Of a DNA stretch of 64,000 nt, positions 37,852-48,400 are shown piece by piece (the stretch's first letter is position 1; every line of letters begins with the position of its first letter). The translations under genes were made by a program, and so were the position numbers. Source of the DNA: Desulfuromonadales bacterium (lineage in GTDB: Bacteria > Desulfobacterota > Desulfuromonadia > Desulfuromonadales > BM103); assembly GCA_030145205.1 (NCBI GenBank), contig JAQYVZ010000008.1, positions 15,978-79,977 on the forward strand, written 5' to 3'. The notes beneath the pieces are model-generated. The model had not been told where the DNA came from and did no database searches. It saw nothing but the letters and a program-made list of their open reading frames with translations.

Positions 37852-38349
37852 ATGCAGCAGTGGCGGGTTGCAACACGCGCTGAAGAAGAAACCCGCTTGT
37901 TGGGGCGCAGCCTTGGGAAGGCAGCGCCTGCCGGCATGGTTGTTCTCCTGAACGGTCCGCTTGGTGCCGGCAAGACCTGTTTTGCCCAGGGAGTGGCCTA
38001 CGGGCTTGGTGTCGCCGAGCAGACGCCGGTGACCAGCCCGACCTATGCGCTGATGAACATCCACCAAGGGCGTGTTCCCTTGTATCATTTCGACCTGTAC
38101 CGCTTGAGCCGCGTCGACGACCTTGAGGATCTCGGTTATGACGAATATGCCGAGGGGCAGGGCTTAACCTTGGTGGAGTGGGCCGATCGGATGGGAGAGC
38201 CGCTTGGCTCATCCTTGGTTGTAACAATCAGCAGCAGCGGAGAGAATGATCGGCAAATCGAATTTACTGCAGTGGACCCGGCCGGCCGGCAGCTTCTGTC
38301 TGAGGTGAAAAGCACGTGGGAAGCGGCCCGATCGGCTGAAAACCTTTGA
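37852..38349 (+). CDS. tsaE: tRNA t6A37 biosynthesis ATPase TsaE
   Basis: LNGPLGAGKTCFAQG, SPTYALMN and HFDLYRL motifs are present. Confidence 0.88.
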   Translation: MQQWRVATRAEEETRLLGRSLGKAAPAGMVVLLNGPLGAGKTCFAQGVAYGLGVAEQTPVTSPTYALMNIHQGRVPLYHFDLYRLSRVDDLEDLGYDEYAEGQGLTLVEWADRMGEPLGSSLVVTISSSGENDRQIEFTAVDPAGRQLLSEVKSTWEAARSAENL

Positions 38350-38458
38350 CGCTGAAAACGTTTCCTGTTATCAAAAACAATTAGCCAAACTCAAGTAGTA
38401 ATATTTCAACGGTTGTCCCGGACAGCAGGTCGGGATGATCAGGGAGGATTATTCGCAG

Positions 38459-39697
38459 ATGGCGCTCGTTGTACAGAAATATGGCGGAACATCCGTTGGC
38501 AGCATTGAGAAGATCAAGAATGTGGCCCGGCGGGTTGCGCGTACCTATGACGAAGGGAACGACGTTGTTGTCGTTGTTTCCGCAATGGCCGGCGAAACCG
38601 ACAAGCTGGTCGGTCTCGCTAATGAGATGTGTGAATTTCCGAGTGAGCGGGAGTACGACGTGCTGGTGGCAAGCGGCGAGCAGGTTTCGATTGCCCTGCT
38701 CTCGATGTGTCTGCAGTCGATGGGCTACAAGGCCAAAAGTTATTTGGGCTGGCAGATTCCCATCTATACCGACTCCGCCTTCTCGACGGCTCGTATCAAA
38801 GAGATCAGCGACGGCAATATTCGCGAAGATTTACGCAGCGGAAATATTGTGGTCGTGGCCGGCTTCCAGGGGATTGACCAGGATGGCAATATCGCGACCC
38901 TCGGACGGGGCGGTTCGGACACCTCGGCCGTTGCCGTCGCTGCCGCGATGAAGGCAGACGTTTGCGAGATTTACACGGATGTCGATGGCGTTTATACGAC
39001 AGACCCACGCATCGTGTCGAACGCAACCAAGGTGGAGAAGATCTCTTATGACGAAATGCTGGAAATGGCGTCTTTGGGTGCCAAGGTCCTGCAGATCCGT
39101 TCGGTTGAGTTTGCCAAGAAATATGGCGTGGTGATCCACGTTCGTTCCAGTTTTAACGACAACCAGGGAACCCTGGTGATGAAGGAGGATGCCGATATGG
39201 AAACGGTCCTGGTTTCGGGGATTGCATTCAACAAAAACGAAGCAAAGATTTCTGTGCTCAAGGTTCCCGACACTCCGGGAATTGCCAGCAAGCTGTTCTC
39301 ACCGCTCTCTGAAGCGAATATCACGGTTGACATGATCATTCAGAACGTCTCGCACGACGGTTTGACCGACATGACCTTTACCGTGCCGCGGACCGATTTC
39401 AAAAAGGCGCTCAAGATTGTCGAAGAGTCTGCCGAAAAGATCGGTGCCGAGAAGGTGATCAGCAATGAGAACATTGCCAAAGTGTCGATCATCGGTGTCG
39501 GCATGCGTTCTCACTCCGGTATTGCCAGTAAAATGTTTGCGACCCTGGCTGCCGAAGGCGTTAATATCCAGATGATCTCCACCAGTGAGATCAAGGTCTC
39601 TTGCATCATCGACGACAAATACACCGAATTGGCGGTACGCGTGCTGCACGATGCCTTTGATTTGGGTCAGGTCGAGGCGAAAGAGGAAAACCTCTAA
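38459..39697 (+). CDS. lysC: aspartate kinase
   Basis: Begins [14 protein letters not shown], preceded by an AGGGAGGA RBS. Two C-terminal ACT domains. Confidence 0.93.
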   Translation: MALVVQKYGGTSVGSIEKIKNVARRVARTYDEGNDVVVVVSAMAGETDKLVGLANEMCEFPSEREYDVLVASGEQVSIALLSMCLQSMGYKAKSYLGWQIPIYTDSAFSTARIKEISDGNIREDLRSGNIVVVAGFQGIDQDGNIATLGRGGSDTSAVAVAAAMKADVCEIYTDVDGVYTTDPRIVSNATKVEKISYDEMLEMASLGAKVLQIRSVEFAKKYGVVIHVRSSFNDNQGTLVMKEDADMETVLVSGIAFNKNEAKISVLKVPDTPGIASKLFSPLSEANITVDMIIQNVSHDGLTDMTFTVPRTDFKKALKIVEESAEKIGAEKVISNENIAKVSIIGVGMRSHSGIASKMFATLAAEGVNIQMISTSEIKVSCIIDDKYTELAVRVLHDAFDLGQVEAKEENL

Positions 39698-39747
39698 GGT
39701 CTGGCTGATAAAACCTTTTTGATGTCTTTTTTTGATCGGAGTAGGGT

Positions 39748-41316
39748 ATGAGCAGAGTCTGGTTGTACGATACGACCTTGCGGGATGGGACCCAGGCGGA
39801 AGACGTTTCGTTCCTGGTTGCTGACAAGATCCGAATTGCAGAGAAACTGGATGAACTCGGCATTGACTACATCGAAGGTGGCTGGCCCGGTTCGAACCCG
39901 AAGGACATTTCTTTTTTCCGGGATGTCAAAAAGATCTCTCTGAGCCACTCCAAGATTGCTGCCTTCGGTTCAACACGTCGCGCCAAGACCACCCCGGAGA
40001 AGGACAACAACATCCAGACGCTGGTTCAGGCGGAACCGGATGCGGTGACCATCTTCGGCAAAACCTGGGATTTTCATGTCCGGGAGGCGCTGCGCATCAG
40101 CCTGGAAGAAAACCTTGAGCTGGTCTATGATTCCCTGGTTTATCTGAAGCAGGAGGTGCCCGAAGTCATCTACGACGCCGAGCATTTCTTCGATGGCTAC
40201 AAGGCGAATCCGGAGTATGCGATCAAGACGCTGCAGGCCGCCGAGCAGGCTGGTGTTGACTGTATCGTGCTGTGTGACACCAACGGCGGTAGTATGCCGA
40301 CCGAGGTGGGTAAGATCGTCAAGAAGATTAAGTCGTTGATCAAGACCCCACTTGGCATCCATACGCATAATGACAGCGAATGCGCCGTGGCCAACTCCCT
40401 AGTAGCGGTGGCGAACGGCGTGGTGCATGTGCAGGGGACCATCAACGGTTTCGGTGAGCGCTGCGGTAACGCCAACCTCTGCTCGATTATTCCCTCGCTG
40501 AAGCTGAAGTTGAATAAAAAATGCGTAAGCGATGAGCAGCTGCAGAATTTACGGACGACCTCCCGCTACATTTACGAACTGGCCAACCTGATCCCGAACA
40601 AGCATCAGGCGTATGTCGGTAATTCTGCGTTTGCTCACAAGGGTGGGGTGCATGTCTCAGCCATCCAGCGGCACCCGGAGACTTATGAGCACATACGGCC
40701 GGAGATTGTCGGCAATACCACACGGGTCCTGGTTTCGGACCTGTCCGGGCGCGCCAATATCCTTTCGAAGGCGGAGCAGTTTAATATCAACCTCGATAGT
40801 AAGGATCCGCTTGCCCTGGAGATTTTGGAAAACCTGAAGAGTCTTGAGAATCAGGGCTTCCAGTTTGAGGGGGCAGAGGCCTCTTTTGAGCTGTTGATGC
40901 GCCGCGCGCTCGGGAACATGCGGAACTTCTTCTCGGTGATCGGCTTCCGGGTGATCGATACCAAACAACACGAGGAGGATATGCCGTCCTCCGAGGCGAC
41001 CGTTCAGGTCAAGGTGGGTGGTAAAATCGAGCACACAGCGGCTGAGGGGAACGGCCCGGTCAGCGCACTCGACAACGCGCTGCGCAAAGCGCTGGAGCAG
41101 TTTTATCCCCAGTTGAAAGAGATGAAGCTGTTTGATTACAAGGTGCGCGTCCTGCCCGCTGGCAAGGGAACCGCTTCGGTGACCCGGGTGCTGATTGAAT
41201 CGGGCGACAAGACTTCCCGTTGGGGAACCGTTGGGGTGAGTGACAATATCATTGCCGCATCCTACCAGGCTCTGGTTGATGCGCTACAGTACAAATTGAT
41301 GAAGGATCATGAGTAA
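39748..41316 (+). CDS. cimA: (R)-citramalate synthase (LeuA/CimA family, TIGR00977-like)
   Basis: [11 protein letters not shown] and HTHND motifs are present; ~520 aa with a LeuA-dimer-type C-terminus. Architecture matches the Geobacter CimA type. Confidence 0.8.
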   Translation: MSRVWLYDTTLRDGTQAEDVSFLVADKIRIAEKLDELGIDYIEGGWPGSNPKDISFFRDVKKISLSHSKIAAFGSTRRAKTTPEKDNNIQTLVQAEPDAVTIFGKTWDFHVREALRISLEENLELVYDSLVYLKQEVPEVIYDAEHFFDGYKANPEYAIKTLQAAEQAGVDCIVLCDTNGGSMPTEVGKIVKKIKSLIKTPLGIHTHNDSECAVANSLVAVANGVVHVQGTINGFGERCGNANLCSIIPSLKLKLNKKCVSDEQLQNLRTTSRYIYELANLIPNKHQAYVGNSAFAHKGGVHVSAIQRHPETYEHIRPEIVGNTTRVLVSDLSGRANILSKAEQFNINLDSKDPLALEILENLKSLENQGFQFEGAEASFELLMRRALGNMRNFFSVIGFRVIDTKQHEEDMPSSEATVQVKVGGKIEHTAAEGNGPVSALDNALRKALEQFYPQLKEMKLFDYKVRVLPAGKGTASVTRVLIESGDKTSRWGTVGVSDNIIAASYQALVDALQYKLMKDHE

Positions 41317-41875
41317 CGATAGATCGCGTGCGGCTTACCCTGTCAGCCTGGTACTGGCATTGTTCACCTGTCTGTTGACTCTGTCTGGCCGGAACTTCTT
41401 CCCTGTGGAAGAGGCTCCGGCCTTTTTCGTAGAAAAAGCGGCGGGGTGCTGGGTTGAGCTGGGCGAGGGGTTTGAAACTCAGGGCGTTCGTCAATTTTAT
41501 GACAATGTGACGCCACTCGATGTCATAATGTTGACGGGTGGGGTTGTGGCAGAATCAGCTCTCACAGGAGACCCGGAGTGGACGCGGCCTCTGGTGCGGG
41601 GAGAGCAACTTGTCGTTGAGAGGAACAGTGGTGAATTGATGCGCCTGAGCCGTTCCTGGATGACGGCGGCTGCCAGAATAACACTTGGGATTCCTTTGGA
41701 TCCGGACCATATGAGCCCGGCCGATTGGCCTGCTTTGCCTGGGCTTGGGCCGAAGTTGGCGGCGCGCATCGAAGAGTATCGTCAAAAAAATGGCGACTTT
41801 GGCTGTCTGGAGGCTCTTCGGGCGGTTTCCGGGATCGGCCCCAAGAGGATTGAAGCGTGGAGGCCCTTTTTTTAA
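41309..41875 (+). CDS. ComEA-like helix-hairpin-helix protein with an N-terminal TM anchor
   Basis: C-terminal [22 protein letters not shown]...[10 protein letters not shown] motifs. The start overlaps the cimA end. Confidence 0.75.
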   Translation: MSNDRSRAAYPVSLVLALFTCLLTLSGRNFFPVEEAPAFFVEKAAGCWVELGEGFETQGVRQFYDNVTPLDVIMLTGGVVAESALTGDPEWTRPLVRGEQLVVERNSGELMRLSRSWMTAAARITLGIPLDPDHMSPADWPALPGLGPKLAARIEEYRQKNGDFGCLEALRAVSGIGPKRIEAWRPFF

Positions 41876-42030
41876 TAGAGATAACTATCTTAAATAACAG
41901 AAGTATTTCTTTGTAGTCTTAATTTTATAACATGGTTTTGGCGCTCTGGCACGGCTCGTGTAATAGGTAGACATTACCTGATTTCGTAAAGCACGCAGCA
42001 TTTAAAGTCTGTCAAGGGGGAGAGCGAACC

Positions 42031-42186
42031 ATGAAATGTCCGAAATGCAAAGGCCGCATGTATGCTGAGAAGTTTTATGACTTTGTGAGAGTGTTTGATG
42101 CATGGAAGTGTTGCTCTTGTGGGGAGTTGCTTGATCCCACCATCCTTGCGAACCGGGCGCGCAACCACAATCATATGTTGGGGTAA
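42031..42186 (+). CDS. small zinc-ribbon protein (51 aa), unannotated in the ORF track
   Basis: MKCPKCKGRMYAEKFYDFVRVFDAWKCCSCGELLDPTILANRARNHNHMLG. CxxC...CxxC spacing, AAGGGGGA RBS, and its own terminator. Confidence 0.55.
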   Translation: MKCPKCKGRMYAEKFYDFVRVFDAWKCCSCGELLDPTILANRARNHNHMLG

Positions 42187-42208
42187 GAGACAATCCGACA
42201 ACATCGAG

Positions 42209-42234
42209 AGGCCGGGGAAACCCGGCCTTTTTTT
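42209..42234 (+). terminator. rho-independent terminator
   Basis: AGGCCGGG-gaaa-CCCGGCCT followed by a T-run. Confidence 0.75.
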
Positions 42235-42315
42235 GTGCCTGATCTGTGGTGGTGCCTCGTCGGCATGCCTATGCTACAATACCGATAAAATGAACCTTTT
42301 CAGGAGTCTGTCCGT

Positions 42316-42675
42316 ATGCGAGTTTGGATGCGCGTGATTCTGGTATTGATCCTGCTGCTGGTGAGTGCCTGTGCAGCTAGGCATAGCTCCGATGCGCCCT
42401 TTCTGCTGGAGCAGGACCATCGGGTCATGTCCGATACGGAACTGATCGCCCATGAACAGGAATTGAGTGACGCGATCTTGCAGGGAGTCCGTGCTGCAAA
42501 TGGCGGGGATGTCTCTCTCGGGGTTGGTTTCGGTTCCTGGGGGAGCCACAGCGGTGTTGGCGTCGGGGTCAACCAGTGGCTTGGCGGGGGCGGGGAGAGC
42601 GCCATGCAGCGGGAATTGCAATTGAAGCGGGACACGGTTCGGGATGAGATGCGCTCGAGAGGCCTTTTGCAATAA
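42316..42675 (+). CDS. lipoprotein of unknown function
   Basis: Signal peptide with lipobox LLVSAC. Gly-rich central segment. Confidence 0.65.
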   Translation: MRVWMRVILVLILLLVSACAARHSSDAPFLLEQDHRVMSDTELIAHEQELSDAILQGVRAANGGDVSLGVGFGSWGSHSGVGVGVNQWLGGGGESAMQRELQLKRDTVRDEMRSRGLLQ

Positions 42676-42701
42676 ATACTAGATCGTCAGGGATGAAGCA
42701 G

Positions 42702-42740
42702 ACAAGGGGCGTCGAATTTTCGGCGCCCCTTGTGTGTTTG
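42702..42740. terminator. hairpin terminator between convergent genes
   Basis: ACAAGGGGCGTCG-aatttt-CGGCGCCCCTTGT with a GT-rich tail. Confidence 0.6.
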
Positions 42741-42752
42741 TGAACGTGTGTT

Positions 42753-43202
42753 TTACCGGGAGCGTACAGTCAGAACCGGAATGTTGGAGTTGCGAACCAC
42801 TCGTTCGGCGGTGCTGCCAACCAGAACATGCTCAATACCGGTTCGCCCGTGGGTTCCCATGACGATCAGGTCGGCTCCGATTTGCTCGGCTGATTTCATG
42901 ATTTCCTGGAACGGATTACCGACCAAGGTGATGCATTCCAGGTTGTCAAATCCATCGAAATGTTCAGAGCAAAAGAGGGCCATGTCTTTGATGGACTGCC
43001 GCTCGACTTCCTTCTCAAACGTTTCGAAAAATTCCTGATGGATCATGCTACGTCGCTGGTCAGTTAATTCTCCAATCACGTGCAGGATATGCAGCTTGGC
43101 ACCGGTCAGTTCACTGAGCAACAGGGCATGATCGCAGGCCGGGATTGAACTCTCCGAGAAGTCGGTTGCATAGAGAATGGTCTTGATTTGCAGCTTCGAC
43201 AT
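42753..43202 (-). CDS. universal stress protein (UspA family)
   Basis: ILYATDFSE, LHILHV and GTHGRTGIEHVLVGSTAERVVR motifs are present. Confidence 0.88.
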   Translation of the reverse strand: MSKLQIKTILYATDFSESSIPACDHALLLSELTGAKLHILHVIGELTDQRRSMIHQEFFETFEKEVERQSIKDMALFCSEHFDGFDNLECITLVGNPFQEIMKSAEQIGADLIVMGTHGRTGIEHVLVGSTAERVVRNSNIPVLTVRSR

Positions 43203-43223
43203 GTCTTATCCCTTTTCGGTCAT

Positions 43224-45797
43224 TCAGGCTGCAAGAGCAGCTGCATCCCGTTTGTTTTTTGTGATTTGCATGAACAGGACTAAACCGACCAGAACGATAC
43301 CAACGCCGTCAGTCATCAAGGTTGGCCAGTAAAGGAAAACGGTGCCTACGGCCAGTAGTATCCACTCCGGAATGGTGGTGCGTCTGAACCAGAAAAGCAT
43401 CGTGGCTGCAGAGAAGGCGATGGTTCCGAGGAAGGCCGACCAGAAGGACGACAGGGTTTGCAGGCCGGTTGCCGGCTCGACCCCTTCGATAATCGTCTCA
43501 TTAGCATCGACCATGGCACCAGCGAATGTGGTGACCTGGTCAGCGTTGCCAGCATGTGCGGCCTTGATCGGGACGATGTCGTCTCCGACCAGAATTGTGG
43601 CAACCACGTCACCCTTTTCAAAGCGTTGGCCCTCTTCGATGTCGACCGACATGACGGAAGCAAAGGGGATATCCTCATCAAAGGCCGGAACCTTTATATT
43701 CGCCGTATGAGGTTGGAAAAGGATGGCCGGAGTAAAGGCAAACAGGATCGGCATGACATAGAGCAGCTTGGCAAATTTAAAGCTGGTCCAGCCGGTTTTC
43801 CAGGGGTCTGAGCCTGCAATCGCTGCTCCCGCATAAGCCGCAACACAAACCGGCGGCGTGATGTTCGAATCCTGGCTGAACCAGTAGACGATCATGTGGG
43901 CACACAGTAACGGCACACCCATCTCGATCAGTGGTGGTACTGCGAGAACCGCAGTGATCAGGTAGGCCGCCGTGACCGGTACGCCCATGCCGAGCACCAG
44001 CGAGGCCAGCGCGACCAGGAAAATTGCCGCAAGCAGATTGCCGTTCGCGAGTGAAATGATAATGTCGGAGAATTTCAGGCCGATGCCGGTCAGAGAAATG
44101 GTGCCGACGATGATTCCGATTACGCCGAGAGTCGCTCCAATGATCAAGGTGTTTTTAGCGCCAGTCTGGATTGCCGCCCAAATGCCAGGCAGGTCCATGG
44201 CAATGTTTTTTCGAAAAGTACTCACCAACAGACACCAGATTGTCGCTATAAGGGTTGCGTAAAACTCAAGGCTGGATCCGAAGATTTCAACTCTCGGTAA
44301 AATTTCCAAGTCAACAGACACAAAGATCGCGAACAGTAAAATAATAGGGGCAAAAACAAAATTGTCTTTAAGCGTGTCTCCCATATCCCGCCGGACCCAA
44401 CTGACAACAATGCATGAGAGAGCTGCCCAGAAGGCGGCGAAGCCGGGAGACTTGCCCATAATCATCAGAATGGTGATGATTATCAGTGGTAGTGAAAAGT
44501 ACCATTCCTTTTTGAGGACGTTCTTCCAGTGGGGGAACTCATCATCAAGAATCCCCTTCAGCCCCTGTTTCTTGGCTTCGAAGTGGATCATACAGAAGAC
44601 TGAAAAGAAGTAGAGCAGGGCCGGGAAGATCGCGATCATCATGATGTAGGCATAAGATGTTTCGGTCAGTTCGGCCATCAGGAAGCCGCCGGCCCCCATG
44701 ACGGGAGGCAGGAACATGCCGCCGATCGATGCAGACGGTTCAATTGCTCCGGCGACATGTGGCTTGAAACCAGCCCGTTTCATGAGAGGAATAGTGAACG
44801 CACCGGTTGATACTGTGTTGGCAATCGCGCTCCCAGACACCGAACCGAACAGGGCCGAAGCGATAACCGCAACTTTGGCGGGGCCGCCCGTGCTGCGACC
44901 GGCAAGCGCCAGGGGAAGGTCAATAAAAAACTTGCCGGCTCCCGATTTGTGGAGGAAGGCGCCGAAAAAGATAAACAGGATGACGTAGGTCGCCAGCACA
45001 TTGGCCATGACCCCGAAGACCCCGTTGGTTGTCAGGTAAAGGGCGGTGCAAAGGCGTTCGATGCCGAAGCCGCGATGAGCGATGACATCAGGGAAGATTG
45101 GACCAAGGTAGCCATAGAAAAACAGGCCGAGCCCGATGAAGGTCATCGACCAGCCAAGGACCCGTCGACAGACTTCGAGAGAAAGAATAACGCCGACGAT
45201 GCTGACCATAGCATCCAAATGGGTTTCAGCGCCGGCCCGGTAGTTGAGAACTTCAAATTCGTGAATCCAGTAGTACACGACGAGCGCAGATGTCACGGCA
45301 AACAAAATGTCTGACAAGGTTGGGTTCTGTGGCCATTGCACAGACATCCAGCGGTCAACGAAGAAAAGAACGGCGCCGAGAGCAATCGCCACGATAGCGA
45401 TTGGGCCGATAACGCCGAGGTTTACGGCAATTAATTGTGCATGGAATGCGTCAAAGTTTTCGAAAAAAGTGTATCCGGTAATGAAGCAGGCGAAGATCCC
45501 GGCCACGATAATCGAGAGAGGGATGCGCATGTAGGCTTTGCCCGCAGGGTAAAGCAGAAAAACCAGCACGTAAGTGACGAAAACATAGACACCACGATGA
45601 TATTGGGTCGCGACGGCGGCCAGACCGGCAGCATAAAAATAAAAGAGGACCATCCCCGCACCAAGTGCGGCAACCAGCCATTTAAACAGTCCTGTCGGTG
45701 AGCGATAGGACTTTGAGTCCTTCTCCATCAGTTTCTTGAGTTTTTCACGTTCCTCGGGAGAAAGATCCTGTAGCTCTTCCTGGATTTCTTCTGCCAT
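43224..45797 (-). CDS. TRAP transporter fused permease (TAXI-type DctQM fusion)
   Basis: About 857 aa and polytopic, lying downstream of a TAXI receptor gene. The ATG at 45797 is preferred over the TTG at 45854. A soluble insert (~aa 690-780) is present. Confidence 0.85.
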   Translation of the reverse strand: MAEEIQEELQDLSPEEREKLKKLMEKDSKSYRSPTGLFKWLVAALGAGMVLFYFYAAGLAAVATQYHRGVYVFVTYVLVFLLYPAGKAYMRIPLSIIVAGIFACFITGYTFFENFDAFHAQLIAVNLGVIGPIAIVAIALGAVLFFVDRWMSVQWPQNPTLSDILFAVTSALVVYYWIHEFEVLNYRAGAETHLDAMVSIVGVILSLEVCRRVLGWSMTFIGLGLFFYGYLGPIFPDVIAHRGFGIERLCTALYLTTNGVFGVMANVLATYVILFIFFGAFLHKSGAGKFFIDLPLALAGRSTGGPAKVAVIASALFGSVSGSAIANTVSTGAFTIPLMKRAGFKPHVAGAIEPSASIGGMFLPPVMGAGGFLMAELTETSYAYIMMIAIFPALLYFFSVFCMIHFEAKKQGLKGILDDEFPHWKNVLKKEWYFSLPLIIITILMIMGKSPGFAAFWAALSCIVVSWVRRDMGDTLKDNFVFAPIILLFAIFVSVDLEILPRVEIFGSSLEFYATLIATIWCLLVSTFRKNIAMDLPGIWAAIQTGAKNTLIIGATLGVIGIIVGTISLTGIGLKFSDIIISLANGNLLAAIFLVALASLVLGMGVPVTAAYLITAVLAVPPLIEMGVPLLCAHMIVYWFSQDSNITPPVCVAAYAGAAIAGSDPWKTGWTSFKFAKLLYVMPILFAFTPAILFQPHTANIKVPAFDEDIPFASVMSVDIEEGQRFEKGDVVATILVGDDIVPIKAAHAGNADQVTTFAGAMVDANETIIEGVEPATGLQTLSSFWSAFLGTIAFSAATMLFWFRRTTIPEWILLAVGTVFLYWPTLMTDGVGIVLVGLVLFMQITKNKRDAAALAA

Positions 45798-45918
45798 ACT
45801 GACGACCTGTCTAAGTAGAAAGAGGGTTTGTTGTCTCGTTGAATTTGATTGCAAATTTTTGGTTGAAGAAAGAAGCGGGGCCCAACGGCCCCGCTTCTTT
45901 CAGTTTTTGGCTAGAATC

Positions 45919-46914
45919 TTATTTGCCCATCTGAGCATCAGAAATAGAAAGGCCCTTCTCTTTCCAGAATTTCTGGGCACCGCTGTGAACCGGGGTCACG
46001 ATACCGACCAGGGCACCATCAACCGACATGGCTTTGGCAGTGCTCTTGACCTTGATCATGTAGGAGAGACCTTCTTTGGTGTAGATATTGGCCAGGGCGT
46101 CATAGACATTGTCGTCGCTGACGTGCTTGCCAGCAACCCAGAGAGCACTGTCCTGGAACGATTTGACATCATAATCGACGCCGCTGTAGGTGCCAGCGGG
46201 GATGGTGAGTGGAGCGTAAAACGGATATTGCTCAAAGGCACCGCCTGCTACGCCAGCATCGTAGGTGTCGAGAATTTTGATCTTGTTGCTGGCTGCAGCC
46301 TGGATGACCGAGCTGTTCGGGAAGCCTGCGAAAACCCACATGGCGTCGATCAGGCCATCGCCGATCGCTGCTGCGGCTTTGCTGTAGCCGATGTATTCGA
46401 CCTTCATTTTATCCCAGAGACCGAGCGCGCCGAAATAGCGCTGGGCGGCAGCCGCTGCACCGGAGCCTGCACCACCGACAGCAACTCGCTTGCCAGCCAG
46501 GTCAGCAACGGCACTGATGCCGCTCTTCTCGAGAACGATCAGGTGAGCCGGAGCACCGTAAAGGAATGCCATGGCATGGACATTCGGATATTGGTTGGTG
46601 TCATTGGTCAGACGACCGTTGCGAGCGAGGAAGGTGTCACCGGAGTAGGCAATACCGAAATCTGCTTCACCGGAGTTGACGCGACGAACGTTCTCGACAG
46701 AACCCGCCGAGGCCATATTGGAAACTTCAACATTGTCGATCATCTTGGAGAGGCGTGAGGCGATGCCATTGGAGAAGTACTGGAAGGTACCGCCCTCCGG
46801 GCCGCCGGAGAAGCCGAGGCGGGTTTTTTCCGCCAGACCGGCAGAAGGCAATGCCAGTGCTGCAACCAAGGCGACGGCGCTGGCCAGGGAAAAGAGACGT
46901 GCAAACTGCTTCAT
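45919..46914 (-). CDS. TRAP transporter solute receptor, TAXI family
   Basis: AAAGGAGGA RBS; signal peptide MKQFARLFSLASAVALVAALALPSAGLA. The GGPEGGTFQYF motif is typical of TAXI (Imp) receptors. Confidence 0.88.
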   Translation of the reverse strand: MKQFARLFSLASAVALVAALALPSAGLAEKTRLGFSGGPEGGTFQYFSNGIASRLSKMIDNVEVSNMASAGSVENVRRVNSGEADFGIAYSGDTFLARNGRLTNDTNQYPNVHAMAFLYGAPAHLIVLEKSGISAVADLAGKRVAVGGAGSGAAAAAQRYFGALGLWDKMKVEYIGYSKAAAAIGDGLIDAMWVFAGFPNSSVIQAAASNKIKILDTYDAGVAGGAFEQYPFYAPLTIPAGTYSGVDYDVKSFQDSALWVAGKHVSDDNVYDALANIYTKEGLSYMIKVKSTAKAMSVDGALVGIVTPVHSGAQKFWKEKGLSISDAQMGK

Positions 46915-47345
46915 GTTGTGTCCTCCTTTAACTAGGGATAGGGTGATCATGACCATTATTTTAAAACATTGTACCGCAATGGTTACGCAAGGAAAGTGCC
47001 AGCTTCTTAAAAATGTCGTTTTCTAAATATTTACAGTGAATTTGCGGTGTTTTGTGAAGGATGTGACCCCAATGCAGGGTGCAAATGTTGGCAGTTTGTG
47101 GCCAATATTTACAGAAATTGGCGATTTTTGGCCACATCTGTTGATTGTGCCGACCGATGTGTAAAACAAAGTTTGTGGGTCAGGAAGTGGTATGCAGAGT
47201 CCAGAATAAAAAAAGTGTGCCCGCCTTAGGATGATTTGATGCCGCGCAGGGTCTCCTCATGCTTTGTGGTGAGGTGTTTTTATCCTGTATTCTTGCGAGG
47301 GGATTTTGTATCCTGACGGATCACGCTCACAAGTAAGTATCACTT

Positions 47346-48203
47346 ATGGATCATAGTTCTATGAAATCCAAGACGCTGCTCGCTCCGGCCAAGATCAACC
47401 TGTGTCTGCACGTTGTCAGTAAGCGGCCGGACGATTACCATAACCTGGCCATGCTGATGCAGCAGGTCGCGCTCTACGACAAGGTGACGGTCAGGCTGTT
47501 TGCCGGGAGTGAGGTCACGGTTGATTGCCCCGGTCTTGACCTGCCGCCGGGAGCAGACAACCTGGCAGCGCGAGCGGCACGGAGTCTTTTCGACTATGTT
47601 GGCGCGGACATGGGAGCGAAGATTACGATCAATAAGGCCATCCCGGCGGCAGCCGGCCTGGGTGGCGGATCATCAGACGCCGCGGCAGTGTTGATGCTGC
47701 TCGACGATCTGCTCGATCTGCACCTCCCGTGCCATGAATTGATGCAGCTCGGCGTGCGGCTCGGTGCTGATGTGCCCTTCTTCCTGTTTCGCAAAACTGC
47801 CTGGGCGACCGGTGTTGGCGATGTCCTGCGGGCTTGGCCGGGGTTGCCACCGCTCTGGCTGGTTCTGGTCAACCCGGGAATTGCAGTTTCGACCGCCTGG
47901 GTTTTCCAAAATTTAAGGTTGACACGCCTCCGGTCAGAAGATAAAATCCGACGGTTTCCCGTGAGAATAGAGGAGGTCGTGCGCCTTTTGCACAATGACC
48001 TCGAAAAGGTGACCTGTCAGCGCTATCCGATTGTCGAGGAAATCAAGGCACGATTACTTGCTGTCGGTGCGGCGGGGACCTTGATGTCCGGAAGCGGCCC
48101 AACGGTCTTTGGTGTATTCGGGACACAGGCTGCGGCAGAAAAAGCAGCGTCTTTGTTGTCTGAACAGACTGGCTGGTGGACGGCCGCTGTCAGTACAATA
48201 TGA
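47346..48203 (+). CDS. ispE: 4-diphosphocytidyl-2-C-methyl-D-erythritol kinase
   Basis: APAKINL.LHV motif and GHMP kinase motif PAAAGLGGGSSDAAA are present. Confidence 0.92.
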   Translation: MDHSSMKSKTLLAPAKINLCLHVVSKRPDDYHNLAMLMQQVALYDKVTVRLFAGSEVTVDCPGLDLPPGADNLAARAARSLFDYVGADMGAKITINKAIPAAAGLGGGSSDAAAVLMLLDDLLDLHLPCHELMQLGVRLGADVPFFLFRKTAWATGVGDVLRAWPGLPPLWLVLVNPGIAVSTAWVFQNLRLTRLRSEDKIRRFPVRIEEVVRLLHNDLEKVTCQRYPIVEEIKARLLAVGAAGTLMSGSGPTVFGVFGTQAAAEKAASLLSEQTGWWTAAVSTI

Positions 48204-48231
48204 CCTCGTCGGGCCAGACAGTTTTTCATGC

Positions 48232-48306
48232 AGGGGCGTCGCCAAGTGGTAAGGCACCGGATTTTGATTCCGGCATTCGCAGGTTCGATCCCTGCCGCCC
48301 CTGCCA
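48232..48306 (+). tRNA. tRNA-Gln (TTG)
   Basis: AGGGGCG acceptor stem, CCGGA-TTTTGAT-TCCGG anticodon arm, encoded CCA. Close to E. coli tRNA-Gln in layout. Confidence 0.9.
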
Positions 48307-48400
48307 CTCATACTTGCATTGCGCTAGGGCGCGCATGAGCCCGCGCATGTCTCATGTGGGTCATGGGTCTTCCATGGCCTGAAGTTTTTACATCTGCTGA

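Noticed and set aside
38350-38458. Possible lysine riboswitch upstream of lysC.
   Set aside because: The intergenic region is only ~110 nt and lacks L-box conserved elements, so it is too short for that riboswitch.
41947-41962. TGGCAC-N5-GTGTA, a sigma54-like -24/-12 element upstream of the zinc-ribbon ORF.
   Set aside because: The -12 GC dinucleotide is replaced by GT. No enhancer-binding sites are evident, and the match is too weak to call.
47076-47140. Repeated AATATTTACAG (47026 and 47104) and TGGCCAA/TTGGC palindromes in the TRAP/ispE divergent region. A TGGCGATTTTTGGC sequence was considered as a sigma54 promoter.
   Set aside because: The GG-to-GC spacing is 11 rather than 12, and the repeats are short and AT-rich. 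It may be a regulator site, but I cannot support a specific call.
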